A stretch of DNA of 64,000 nt from Dehalococcoidia bacterium (GTDB taxonomy: Bacteria; Chloroflexota; Dehalococcoidia; Bin125). Below the pieces are notes generated by a model. It ran no database searches, was not told the origin of the DNA, and was given only the letters and a program-made list of their open reading frames with translations. Below, one piece after another: positions 16,644 through 28,088 of the stretch (the stretch's first letter is position 1; each line of letters starts with the position of its first letter). A program made the position numbers and the translations under genes. The stretch is taken from positions 2,816,001-2,880,000 of the forward strand of contig OY820591.1 in the NCBI GenBank assembly GCA_963555985.3, given 5' to 3'.

Positions 16644-17639
16644 ATGGCGCGCAACTCCGATCGTCGTGAGCTTGTGGAGGCCGAGCCGATCGCGTCGCCG
16701 TTTCCCGACGGAGTCGGCGATCCTGCGCAGAGTCCCGGTAGCGGATTCAGCGAAGACCCGGACAAACTCGATGATCTGCTGGACGGACTTGACGACCCGG
16801 ACGACATCGCCGATGCAGCCGCCGAAGCGGCACAGGCGGCGCTGGCTGAACGCAACGCCGATGACCTGTTGATCCGTTTCGAGTTGGAGTTGCGCGGCGG
16901 CCGTCTCTGGTTCGACTCCTTGCTCGATTGCATCCGCGACTGGCGCTTGCCGCGCGAGCGCGTCGGCGATCGCGAGTACGTCTTCTTGATCGAGCGCGAG
17001 GCATTCGATTGGCTCCTGCTGGCAGAGCGTCTCTGCGACGCCATGCCGCCCGCGCTGCTGCCGCTCCACGAGATCGAGGCCTTGCTGCTCGACGAACTCC
17101 CGCCGGTCGCCCTCAGCGAGGACGAATTCAAGCGCCGCCTGGGTCCGGAGAAGTACTGGGCGCATCTCAACTTCCTCTACGGCGTGCGAGTCGAGCAAGC
17201 CCTCCACCTCGCCGTCGAGCGGACCCTGCTCAAAGAGCGCGGCGGCGTGGCCTTCTCCCACGCCCGGATCGACCTCGAACAGGACGTCTTCGGGCGCATC
17301 TACGGCTCGCGCCACGCCGATCTGCTGCGCGAGTTCCGCGCCGCCGGCAGCCGTCCCGACACCGACCGGATGAGTCAGAGTGAGTCGCAAGCGTTCACCT
17401 ATTGGCTCTTCCGGCGACGCCTTGAGCGCCAGGATCCGGCACGAGTCGCCAGCGACACTCGGTTGGGACTCGACATGCTGCGCGAGCTCGAGCTGGCGCG
17501 TCAGCGCCGCCGGCAACGGGCGGCCGACGAAGCCGCACTGAACCCGGCTCGATCCAACGGCGCCAACTCGAATGGGGCGTCGGCAACCGGCGAAGATGAG
17601 GACGACGTGATTGAGGCGGTGGTGGTAGCCGTAGGCTAG
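16644..17639 (+). CDS. Hypothetical protein (acidic N-terminus, helical core), closely coupled to secA
   Basis: 331-aa ORF starting 3 nt after the secA stop, with genome-like codon usage. Core motifs EAFDWLLLAERLC, YWAHLNFLYGV and FTYWLFRRR. Confidence 0.75.
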   Translation: MARNSDRRELVEAEPIASPFPDGVGDPAQSPGSGFSEDPDKLDDLLDGLDDPDDIADAAAEAAQAALAERNADDLLIRFELELRGGRLWFDSLLDCIRDWRLPRERVGDREYVFLIEREAFDWLLLAERLCDAMPPALLPLHEIEALLLDELPPVALSEDEFKRRLGPEKYWAHLNFLYGVRVEQALHLAVERTLLKERGGVAFSHARIDLEQDVFGRIYGSRHADLLREFRAAGSRPDTDRMSQSESQAFTYWLFRRRLERQDPARVASDTRLGLDMLRELELARQRRRQRAADEAALNPARSNGANSNGASATGEDEDDVIEAVVVAVG

Positions 17640-17756
17640 GTCCGGTTGGCGCGCGGCGGGCGCGCCGGTCGGGCCCAAACACGCCGTTCGATTTCCCCCG
17701 CCGCTTCGAGATTCCACGCACTCGCTTGACCGATTCGCCGTGATGGGACCAACACT

Positions 17757-20510
<2,754 letters not shown>

Positions 20511-20530
20511 GGCTGGGCTGTCTGGGCGGA

Positions 20531-20600
20531 CCCTCCTCTGTCTCCCGATCGAGTCGAGGGCAGGCTCTTCGGGACATCTCTCCCGCGATGCGGGGGGAGA
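20531..20600 (+). repeat. Type-B palindromic REP-like element (CCTCTGTC...GACATCTCCCCC..GGGGGAGA) carrying a nested hairpin module
   Basis: Same two-hairpin scaffold as 21952, 24492 and 36759. Insert TCCCGATCGAGTCGAGGGCAGGCTCT lies in the first hairpin loop. Confidence 0.8.
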
Positions 20601-20702
20601 GTTTTATGCAGGTCTCCGCAAGCGAGAATCCACGTCCCGCTCGGTACGCCGCATGGATTCCCGCCTGCGGAGGCTTTTGCAGATTGGCATTCCCGCTGCT
20701 CT

Positions 20703-20786
20703 CGTCATTCCAGCGAAAGCTGGAATCTCGCCCGACCAGATAGACCGAACTCCGAACGAGATTCCAGGTCAAGCCTGGAATGACGG
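20703..20786. repeat. Type-A REP-like inverted doublet (CGTCATTCCAGCG..CTGGAATCTC / GAGATTCCAGG..CCTGGAATGACGG)
   Basis: Two palindromic units in inverted orientation, related to copies at 22058, 24406, 24587, 35261, 43191 and 60951. A truncated unit (GGATTCCCGCCTGCGG) is near 20655. Confidence 0.85.
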
Positions 20787-20810
20787 AGGAGGTTGGCATG
20801 AAGCAGTCGG

Positions 20811-21854
20811 TCAGAGCGGCAGCTTCGATAGCGCGTCGCGGAATTCGGGGACGTCGGTGCGGAAGTCGTCGGCGTTGATGTTGTCGTTGGCGGCGAGATG
20901 GGCGGCGAGGAGTTGGGCGGGGACGGCGGCGGGGATGGGCAGGAGCGGGGGCGAGAGTTCGCTCAGGGTCAGGTGACGGGCGGACTCGGGGGCGGGCGCG
21001 CTCTCGGGCGCGACCCAGGCGGCGGCGCAGCCCATGTCCATCGTCAACTGGGTGATCGCTCGGGTTCGTTCTGCGGATTGGTCGTTGGCGGCGAAGCTGA
21101 GGATGCGGTCGGTTTCGAGGAGTTGGACGGCGGGGCCGTGCAGGAACGATTCCGGTTCTTGATGGCGTACGGCGCGGCGGGAGGCTTCGGCGATCTTGAT
21201 GTGGGCTTCTTCGGCGGCTGCGAGCATCGGGCCCGCGCCCAGGGCGATTAACGCGCCGGACGACCACTCGGCGGCGATTTCGGCGATTTCGGCTTCACGT
21301 TCGAGCGCTGAGGCCAGCGCGGACGGGATCGCGGCGATGTCGCCCAACGATCCGGGTTTGAGCTGGTCGGCGATGATTGCGGCTGCGGTCATCGCGGTGG
21401 TGTGGGAGACCGTGTACATCGCGGACGGGTCTTGGGTGGTGGTGTGGAGCGTGGTCACCGTGGGCGGGAAGCTGTCGAGGTCGAAGCCGGTGTCGATCTT
21501 GGTGATGACCACAGTGGGCGCGGCTCGCTCGATGCAAATATCGAGCGCGAAGCCGCTGTAGGTCTTGCGTCCGGTGTGAGCGAAGAGGAGGACGGCGTCG
21601 CCGGCCGCGAGCGGAGGCCAGAAGGCGAACTCCATGCTAGTGAGTGGGCGGGCGTTGAGTCCGGCGGCGCGGAGCATCCAGGCGGCAGCGTTGGCGGCGT
21701 TGTAGGAGGTGCCGATGCCGACGGTCCAGACACGCGTCGCTTGAGCGAGCGTCTCGGCGGCCTGCTCGAACGGCTGAACGCTGCTGAGGACTTTGGCGCA
21801 CTCGGAGGGTTGGGCCTGGATGGCTGGGTAGAGGCGGTAGTCGGTGATCTGCAT
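20811..21854 (-). CDS. Double SIS-domain sugar-phosphate isomerase/deaminase (GlmS C-terminal/FrlB-like)
   Basis: GIGTSYNAA, EEAHIKIAEAS (compare EGALKLKE) and ESFLHGP. No glutaminase domain. Confidence 0.8.
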   Translation of the reverse strand: MQITDYRLYPAIQAQPSECAKVLSSVQPFEQAAETLAQATRVWTVGIGTSYNAANAAAWMLRAAGLNARPLTSMEFAFWPPLAAGDAVLLFAHTGRKTYSGFALDICIERAAPTVVITKIDTGFDLDSFPPTVTTLHTTTQDPSAMYTVSHTTAMTAAAIIADQLKPGSLGDIAAIPSALASALEREAEIAEIAAEWSSGALIALGAGPMLAAAEEAHIKIAEASRRAVRHQEPESFLHGPAVQLLETDRILSFAANDQSAERTRAITQLTMDMGCAAAWVAPESAPAPESARHLTLSELSPPLLPIPAAVPAQLLAAHLAANDNINADDFRTDVPEFRDALSKLPL

Positions 21855-21951
21855 GAGGTCTCCGGCCGTGGTTCAGGCGTGGAGGGTCAGTTGTAGCACG
21901 TTGGGAGACGGGCTGTCGTGCGCGTGTATTGGGGTTGGCGGACGGGGTGTT

Positions 21952-22138
21952 CCCCCCCCTCTGTCCCCCCGCCTTCGCGGGGGCAGGCTCTACGGGACAT
22001 CTCCCCCCGCAAGGGGGGGAGAGGGGAATTGTGTTGGGGGTTGGGTGCTGTGAACGGCGAGATACCCGCGGCGGGGCGCGGGTATGACGGAGCTCTGGGC
22101 GTGGGTATGACGGGGCTCTGGGCGCGGGTATGACGGGG
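21952..22138 (+). repeat. Composite element: type-B REP with nested module, G-tracts, type-A REP and three 23-bp tandem copies
   Basis: Tandem units GGGCGCGGGTATGACGGAGCTCT (22074), GGGCGTGGGTATGACGGGGCTCT (22097) and GGGCGCGGGTATGACGGGGG (22120). Confidence 0.85.
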
Positions 22139-22139
22139 G

Positions 22140-23282
22140 TTAGGCGACGGCTCCGGTGGTTTTGAGTTCTTCGCTGGTGTTTCCGTTGAGGCCGAGTTCG
22201 TTGAGGATTTCGTCGGTGTGTTGGCCGGGGTAGGCGGGCGGGCCCTGGATTTCGCTTTGGGTTCGGCTGAAGCGGGGGGCTGGGGCGGGTTGGACGACTC
22301 CGGCGACCTCTTCGAATGCGCCTCGGGCTTTGGCGTGGGGGTGGTTGGGGGCTTCCCAGGGTTCGAGGACGGGGCCGAAGCAGACGTCGGAGCCTTCGAA
22401 GATGGTTTCCCACTCGGCGCGGGTTTTGGTGCGGAAGATGGCTTCGACGCGGGCTTTGAGTTCGGGCCAGCGGGTGTTGTCCATCTGGTGGGGCAGGTCT
22501 TCGTTTTCGAGGCCCAGGAGGTGCAGGAGTTCGGCGTAGAACTGCGGCTCGATCGAGCCGATCGAGACGTACTTGCCGTCGAGGGTTTCGTAGGCGTCGT
22601 AGAAGTGTGCGCCGGTGTCGAGCACATTGGCGGCGCGTCCGCGTCTCCAGCCGCCTGAGGCGAGTCCGGCGTGGACGGAGGTGATGAGGGAGGATGCGCC
22701 GTCGACCATGGCGGCGTCGACGACCTGGCCCTTGCCGCTGCGCTGGGCTTCGATCAAGGCGCCGAGCATCCCGACGGCGAGGTACATGCCGCCGCCGCCG
22801 AAGTCTCCGACGAGGTTGAGCGGGGGGACGGGAGCTTGGCCCTTGCGGGCGATGGGCGCGAGCGCGCCGGCGAGGGAGATGTAGTTGATGTCGTGGCCGG
22901 CCATTTGCGCGTAGGGGCCTTCCTGGCCCCAGCCGGTCATACGTCCATAGACGATGCGGGGGTTGCGTTCGAGGCAGACGTCGGGGCCGAGGCCGAGGCG
23001 TTCCATGACACCCGGACGGAAGCCTTCGAAGAGGGCGTCGGCGCCTTCGATCAGCTTGAGCGCGACTTCAACGCCTTCGGGGTTTTTGAGGTCGAGGGCG
23101 ATGGAGCGTCGGCCGCGGGCGAGCAGGTCGCCCGGCGGGTTGGCGGGGGCTTCGGCGGGGGCGTTGGAGGCGCGGTCGATGCGGACGATGTCAGCGCCCA
23201 TGTCGGAGAGGATCATGCCGCAGAAGGGTCCTGGGCCGATGCCCTGGAATTCGATGATGCGGATGCCGGTGAGGGGTCCCAT
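22140..23282 (-). CDS. CaiB/BaiF family III CoA-transferase, alpha-methylacyl-CoA racemase-like
   Basis: GIGPGPFCGMILSDMGA, EGFRPGVMERLGLG, GHDINY and NLVGDFGGGG. Confidence 0.92.
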   Translation of the reverse strand: MGPLTGIRIIEFQGIGPGPFCGMILSDMGADIVRIDRASNAPAEAPANPPGDLLARGRRSIALDLKNPEGVEVALKLIEGADALFEGFRPGVMERLGLGPDVCLERNPRIVYGRMTGWGQEGPYAQMAGHDINYISLAGALAPIARKGQAPVPPLNLVGDFGGGGMYLAVGMLGALIEAQRSGKGQVVDAAMVDGASSLITSVHAGLASGGWRRGRAANVLDTGAHFYDAYETLDGKYVSIGSIEPQFYAELLHLLGLENEDLPHQMDNTRWPELKARVEAIFRTKTRAEWETIFEGSDVCFGPVLEPWEAPNHPHAKARGAFEEVAGVVQPAPAPRFSRTQSEIQGPPAYPGQHTDEILNELGLNGNTSEELKTTGAVA

Positions 23283-23342
23283 GAGTTCGCTCCTGGCTTA
23301 GTCTCTGAGTGGGATCGGTCTGTTCAGGCAGGGTAGCGGGCG

Positions 23343-23831
23343 ATGGCATATGAGATCGCGGCGGCGGGCGCGGAAGCTGCGCCGGAGGTGATCGAGCTGA
23401 TCCACCGGGTGTTCGACGAGTACGGGTTCACCTGGGAGCCGGAGGAGGAGTTCTGGGATTTCCTGGGCGACAGGTATCCGTATGCGCCGCCGACTGGTCA
23501 GTTGTGGGTGATGCGGGACGAGGCGGGGACGGTGGTGGGTTCGATTGCGGCGGAGCTGATTGAGGAGGGGGTTGCGGAGTTGCATCGGTTGTATCTGGAC
23601 GCGGAGTTGCGGGGGCGGGGGTTGGGGCGGGCGCTGCTGCGGACGGGCGAGGAGTGGGCGGCAGCGCAGGGTTGCGAGCGGGTGGTGCTGTGGAGCGACA
23701 CGGAGTTTGCGGAGGCGCATCGGTTGTATGAGCGGAGCGGGTATGCGCGGACGGGCGAGCGGTCGTTGGCGGATGTGAACGAGACGGTGGAGTGGCGGTA
23801 TGAGCGGGGGTTGTCGGTGGGTGAGCGCTGA
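23343..23831 (+). CDS. GNAT family N-acetyltransferase
   Basis: ELHRLYLDAELRGRGLGRAL (acetyl-CoA binding motif A) and AHRLYERSGY. Confidence 0.9.
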   Translation: MAYEIAAAGAEAAPEVIELIHRVFDEYGFTWEPEEEFWDFLGDRYPYAPPTGQLWVMRDEAGTVVGSIAAELIEEGVAELHRLYLDAELRGRGLGRALLRTGEEWAAAQGCERVVLWSDTEFAEAHRLYERSGYARTGERSLADVNETVEWRYERGLSVGER

Positions 23832-23926
23832 TTTTGAGCACGGTAGGGACTGGGCGGTCGCGGTTCGCGGCCTGACGGGGGCTGTGAGAAAAAAACGAGA
23901 TGGGGTCGCCGCTTGCGGTCGGGGGG

Positions 23927-24283
23927 TTACTGCGGCTCTTCCTCTTCCTCGAGGCTGTCGTCGTCGTCCGGCAGGGGCACGTCTTCGCCGCGCATGAGGG
24001 CCACGGCGATGGCGTGCGGGTGCAGGTGGAGCTCCTTCTTCTGCTCGGAAGTGAGCGGGGCTTCGGGCAGTCTGGGGGAGTGGTTGGCTCGGGGTTTGGG
24101 GGATGGCTCGGGATGGGGTTCGAGGTCGAGCGCGTGGTGGATCTCGCGGGTCTTGGCGTTGGAGGGGGAGAGTTCGCGGATAAGGAGGGCGAGCGCTTTG
24201 ATGCGGACGTGGCCGGCTTCGTTGGAGTGGGCGAGTTGGCCGACGCCGGTCATGCTGGACTGGTAGGTGTGGGGGAAGGGCAT
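23927..24283 (-). CDS. Small hypothetical protein (118 aa, His/Pro-rich, acidic tail)
   Basis: ATG preceded by AAAGGAA. AT-richer upstream region with TATAAACT. No recognisable motif. Confidence 0.5.
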   Translation of the reverse strand: MPFPHTYQSSMTGVGQLAHSNEAGHVRIKALALLIRELSPSNAKTREIHHALDLEPHPEPSPKPRANHSPRLPEAPLTSEQKKELHLHPHAIAVALMRGEDVPLPDDDDSLEEEEEPQ

Positions 24284-24381
24284 GGGGCTGTTCCTTTCTT
24301 GGGAACCTACGTTTCGGATAGGTGAGTTTATATGTTCTGATGTTCGGGTGGGTAATTTGGGAGTGTGTTGTGGTTGTCGGT

Positions 24382-24673
24382 TTGGGGGTTGGGTGCTGGT
24401 CACGGCGAGATACCCGCGACGGAGCGCGGGTATGACGGAAGTGGGGGCGGGGAGGGAGGTGCGGGGCGTCTGTGCTGGGTGTGGCGTTTCACCCCCTCTG
24501 CTCCTTTGGGGCATCTCCCCCTTGAGGGAGAGAGGTTTCTTGGGGGAGATTGGGGAGGTGGGGTTGGGGGTTGATAGTGCTCACATCGAGATACCCGCGA
24601 CGGGGCGCGGGTATGACGGAGCTCTGGGCGCAGGGATGGCGGAGTTGGTTGGGCATGGGTATGACGGAGTGGT
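24382..24673 (+). repeat. Cluster of type-A REP (24406), type-B REP (24492), G-tracts, type-A REP (24587) and degenerate 23-25-bp tandem copies
   Basis: Same module order as 21952-22138. The TTGGGGGTTGGGTGCTG..ACGGCGAGATACCCGCG flank is shared with 22034-22070. Confidence 0.85.
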
Positions 24674-24797
24674 GGGTTGAAGAGGGCAGAAGTGGGGGTA
24701 GGCGTTGACCATCTGATTGGGGTGCGGGTACGATCCCGATGCATCGCTGGTGCCGCCTTGCACGGAGTTGGGGGCGTCGGCGGGTGCGGAGGATGAT

Positions 24798-25184
24798 GTG
24801 TCGGAGCTGTTTGAGAACTATGGCGCGGTGCTGGTGGCGATCCCGGTAGGGATCATGCTGGTGCTGACGGCGCTGTTGGCGACGAAGCTGCTGGCTCCGC
24901 AGCGGCGGACGGCGCTGAAGGGTCAGGTCTACGAGTGCGGGATGCTGCCGATTGGGCGGAACTGGGCGCAGGTGCATGTGCGTTACTACACGTATGCGCT
25001 GCTGTTTCTGGTGTTTGACGTGGAGGTGGTGTTCCTGTTCCCGTGGGCGGTCTCGTTCCTGGGCTTGATTGACGCCGACTTGGGCAAGGTGATTTTGTGG
25101 CAGATGGTGCTGTTCATCGGCACGCTGCTGGTCGCGCTCGCCTACGCCTGGCGCAAGGGCGTGTTCGATTGGAAGAGCAACTGA
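24798..25184 (+). CDS. nuoA: NADH-quinone oxidoreductase subunit A
   Basis: YECG and [21 protein letters not shown] at 24798 follows GGAGG. Confidence 0.96.
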   Translation: MSELFENYGAVLVAIPVGIMLVLTALLATKLLAPQRRTALKGQVYECGMLPIGRNWAQVHVRYYTYALLFLVFDVEVVFLFPWAVSFLGLIDADLGKVILWQMVLFIGTLLVALAYAWRKGVFDWKSN

Positions 25185-25185
25185 G

Positions 25186-25761
25186 ATGACCACACAACAA
25201 CCGCCCGGGCAGATGGGGGATCCGACGCCGGTGATCATCTCGCCGGAATCGCTGCGCTTGCAGGCGATCGACGACGCGCCGCCGGTGGTGCCCTACAAAA
25301 TGGTGCTGCCGGGAGTGATGCAGGCTCCGGCGGAGGCGTTGATCTCGGCGGCGCGGAAGTCGTCGCTGTGGCCGATGACGTTCGGTCTGGCTTGCTGCGC
25401 GATCGAGATGATCGCGACTTATATGGCAAATCACGATCTTGACCGGTTCGGGATCGTGCCCTGGCCATCGCCGCGGCAGTCGGACGTGATGATCGTGGCG
25501 GGGACGGTGACGAAGAAGATGGCACCGGCGGTGAAGCTGCTCTACGAGCAGATGCCGCATCCGAAGTGGGTGATTTCGATGGGCGCGTGCGCGACCAACG
25601 GGGGGCCGTACACGCAGTACGACCGAGTGGTGCAGGGGGTGGACAACATCGTGCCGGTGGATGTGTATGTGCCGGGGTGTCCGCCGCGGCCGGAGGCGCT
25701 GATTGACGGTCTGCTGGCGTTGCAGGAGAAGATCGTCGAAGAGCGGTCGCGGGGATACTGA
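25186..25761 (+). CDS. nuoB: NADH-quinone oxidoreductase subunit B
   Basis: [22 protein letters not shown] and [12 protein letters not shown] (N2 cluster ligands). Confidence 0.98.
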   Translation: MTTQQPPGQMGDPTPVIISPESLRLQAIDDAPPVVPYKMVLPGVMQAPAEALISAARKSSLWPMTFGLACCAIEMIATYMANHDLDRFGIVPWPSPRQSDVMIVAGTVTKKMAPAVKLLYEQMPHPKWVISMGACATNGGPYTQYDRVVQGVDNIVPVDVYVPGCPPRPEALIDGLLALQEKIVEERSRGY

Positions 25762-25773
25762 GGCAGACGGGTT

Positions 25774-26790
25774 ATGACCACACGCCGCCGCCGCGCCGCC
25801 GACGATCCGCCCGCCGTGCTTGAGCCGCCGCCGGGCTCCATTGCGGACACGTACCGGTTGGTGATGCCGCTGATTCCGTTTGAGGCGGTGCTGACCAAGG
25901 GCGACGATGTGGCGTTGACGATTTCGGCGGACGCGATTCACGAGGTGTTGGAGCGGGGCCGGGACGACTCGCGTTTGCAGATGAATCTGCTGCGCAACCT
26001 GACGGCGGTGGATTGGCCGCAGCGCGAGCCCGAGGGCGGCTTGGAGTTGGTGTATCACCTGTATTCGATTCCGCTGCGGCAGGCGGTGACGATCAAGTCG
26101 TGGCTGCCCTCGGAGGGGGCGGTGGTGGAATCGGTGACGGATCTCTACCGGATGGCGGACTGGGCGGAGCGCGAGTGCCGCGAGATGTTCGGGATCGAGT
26201 TTGTGGGGCATCCGGATCCGCGCAACCTGTTGCTGGATGAGGATTTGGACATCCATCCGCTGCGGAAGAGTCATCCGCTGGCCCCGGTCGAGATCGAGCA
26301 GGGTGTGGATGTTGAGTTCTTTACGAAGCAGTACCCGCCGGAGGAGCCGGAGGTTGCGCAGGAGGAGGAAGCGGCGGCTGAATCGCAGGCGGCTGCACCG
26401 GAGCGTCGTCGCTTGGAGGATATGACGGAAGAGGAGCGGGAGGCGCGTCGGGCGGAACAGGCGGAACGGGTGCGTCTTGCGCGCGAGTTGGCTGCGGTGC
26501 GTCGGGCGGAACGGTTGGCGGGCGCGCCGCCAGCGGGCGGCCCTCGTCCCGAGGGGGCGGCGCCGCCGCCGCGTCCAGAGCCGGCTGCTGCTCCTGCGGC
26601 TCCCGCAGCGGCTGCGGCGGCACCGTCGGCGCCGGCTGCGGATCGTCCGCCGGCACCGCCGCCGCCGGAGTTGCCGACGATTCCAGACGCCGAAGAGGAC
26701 CCGGAAGGCCGCGCTGCGGCGCAGGCCGAGCGGGTTCGGATCGGTCGCGAGCTGGCCGCCGCACGGCGGGCCCAGTTGCGGGGCGAGTAG
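25774..26790 (+). CDS. nuoC: NADH-quinone oxidoreductase subunit C with a long C-terminal extension
   Basis: LTAVDW, ADWAERECREMFGIEFVGHP and HPLRK, followed by about 170 extra residues. Confidence 0.93.
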   Translation: MTTRRRRAADDPPAVLEPPPGSIADTYRLVMPLIPFEAVLTKGDDVALTISADAIHEVLERGRDDSRLQMNLLRNLTAVDWPQREPEGGLELVYHLYSIPLRQAVTIKSWLPSEGAVVESVTDLYRMADWAERECREMFGIEFVGHPDPRNLLLDEDLDIHPLRKSHPLAPVEIEQGVDVEFFTKQYPPEEPEVAQEEEAAAESQAAAPERRRLEDMTEEEREARRAEQAERVRLARELAAVRRAERLAGAPPAGGPRPEGAAPPPRPEPAAAPAAPAAAAAAPSAPAADRPPAPPPPELPTIPDAEEDPEGRAAAQAERVRIGRELAAARRAQLRGE

Positions 26791-26801
26791 GGAGAGGGCC
26801 G

Positions 26802-27965
26802 ATGGTTCAGCGAGTCGTCGAGGGCGAAGTACTGACCGAACCGGTGGTGATCGAGCGCGAGTTCGAGACCGTCGATATGAACATCAACATCGGGCCGCAG
26901 CATCCGGCCACGCACGGGGTGTTCCGGATGGTGCTGACGGTGGACGGGGAGATCGTGAAGGACGCGATTCCGTACATCGGCTATATGCACCGGGGCGGGG
27001 AGAAGCTGTCGGAGAATCTGGATTACCGAGGGGCGCTGGGGTATCAGGATCGGACGGATTATCTGGCGGCGTTCAACTCGGAGTGGGTGTACGTGAACGC
27101 GGTCGAGCGTCTGGCAGGGATCGAGATTCCGGAGCGGGCGGAGTATGTACGGCTGATTTTGGCGGAGTTCAACCGTCTGCTCTCGCACTTCATGTTCATG
27201 GGCGCGTTCGGGACGGATGTGGGCTATTTCGGGACGGCGTTCACGTGGACGTTCAAGGAGCGGGAGCGGATTCAGGACTTGTTCGAGGCGGTCTGCGGCG
27301 ACCGGATCATGTACAACTACTTCCGCGTGGGGGGGCTGGCCTGGGATGTGCACGAGACATTCGTGGCGGACTCGCACTGGGTGCTGGATCAGGTGGAGAC
27401 GGGGATCGGGGACGTTGACGATTTGATGACGGACAACGAGGTGTTCGTCGCGCGCTGCCGCGACGTGGGCGTGATGTCGGCGGAAGATGCGATCAACTAC
27501 GGGGTGACGGGTCCGATGCTGCGGGCGTCGGGGGTGCCGTTCGACCTGCGCGTGGACGAGCCGTACTCGATCTACGACCGCTTCTACTGGGAGATCCCGG
27601 TGGGCGAGCGGGGGGATGTGTACGACCGCTACCTGGTGCGGCTGGAGGAGATGCGGCAGTCGGTGACGATCTTGCGTCAGGCGCTAGATCAGATGCCGAC
27701 GTCGGGGCCGATCATGGCAGAGCGATTGCCGGCGCGGTTGCGGCCGGAGCCCGGTGAGATTTATATGCGGCAGGAGAATCCGCGGGGTGAATACGGGATC
27801 TACATGGTCTCGGACGGGACGGACAAGCCGTGGCGGGTGAAGATGCGCTCGCCCTGTTTCCACAATCTGTCGTCGCTGAAGCCGCAGGTGTTGGGTTCGT
27901 ATCTGGCGGATGCGGTGGTGGCTTTGGGTTCGATCGACATCGTGCTGTGCGAGGTAGACCGCTGA
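26802..27965 (+). CDS. nuoD: NADH-quinone oxidoreductase subunit D
   Basis: NIGPQHPATHGVFR, GYMHRG, DRTDY, ENPRGE and C-terminal EVDR. Confidence 0.98.
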   Translation: MVQRVVEGEVLTEPVVIEREFETVDMNINIGPQHPATHGVFRMVLTVDGEIVKDAIPYIGYMHRGGEKLSENLDYRGALGYQDRTDYLAAFNSEWVYVNAVERLAGIEIPERAEYVRLILAEFNRLLSHFMFMGAFGTDVGYFGTAFTWTFKERERIQDLFEAVCGDRIMYNYFRVGGLAWDVHETFVADSHWVLDQVETGIGDVDDLMTDNEVFVARCRDVGVMSAEDAINYGVTGPMLRASGVPFDLRVDEPYSIYDRFYWEIPVGERGDVYDRYLVRLEEMRQSVTILRQALDQMPTSGPIMAERLPARLRPEPGEIYMRQENPRGEYGIYMVSDGTDKPWRVKMRSPCFHNLSSLKPQVLGSYLADAVVALGSIDIVLCEVDR

Positions 27966-28088
27966 TGCGGCGGCGCAATCGGCCGCGGATCATGGCGCGT
28001 AGCGGCGCGAGGGAGTATCACGGTCTAGCCCGTGTGCGCGCTAGGGCGCGTTTGCGGGGAGCGCGAATGAGTCAGAGGACGGGGCGCG

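Noticed and set aside
17640-17756. T-box riboswitch before valS
   Set aside because: No T-box consensus (GGTGG.ACC) and the region is too short.
22074-22138. Possible CRISPR array (23-bp repeats)
   Set aside because: The units are directly adjacent with no spacers, derive from a REP arm, and there are no cas genes.
24325-24350. LexA box before the orphan ORF
   Set aside because: Only one half-site (AGAAC) matches; the other half does not.
27966-28088. Remnant of nuoEFG or a small gene between nuoD and nuoH
   Set aside because: No recognisable coding remnant; only a weak CTAGC/GCTAG hairpin.
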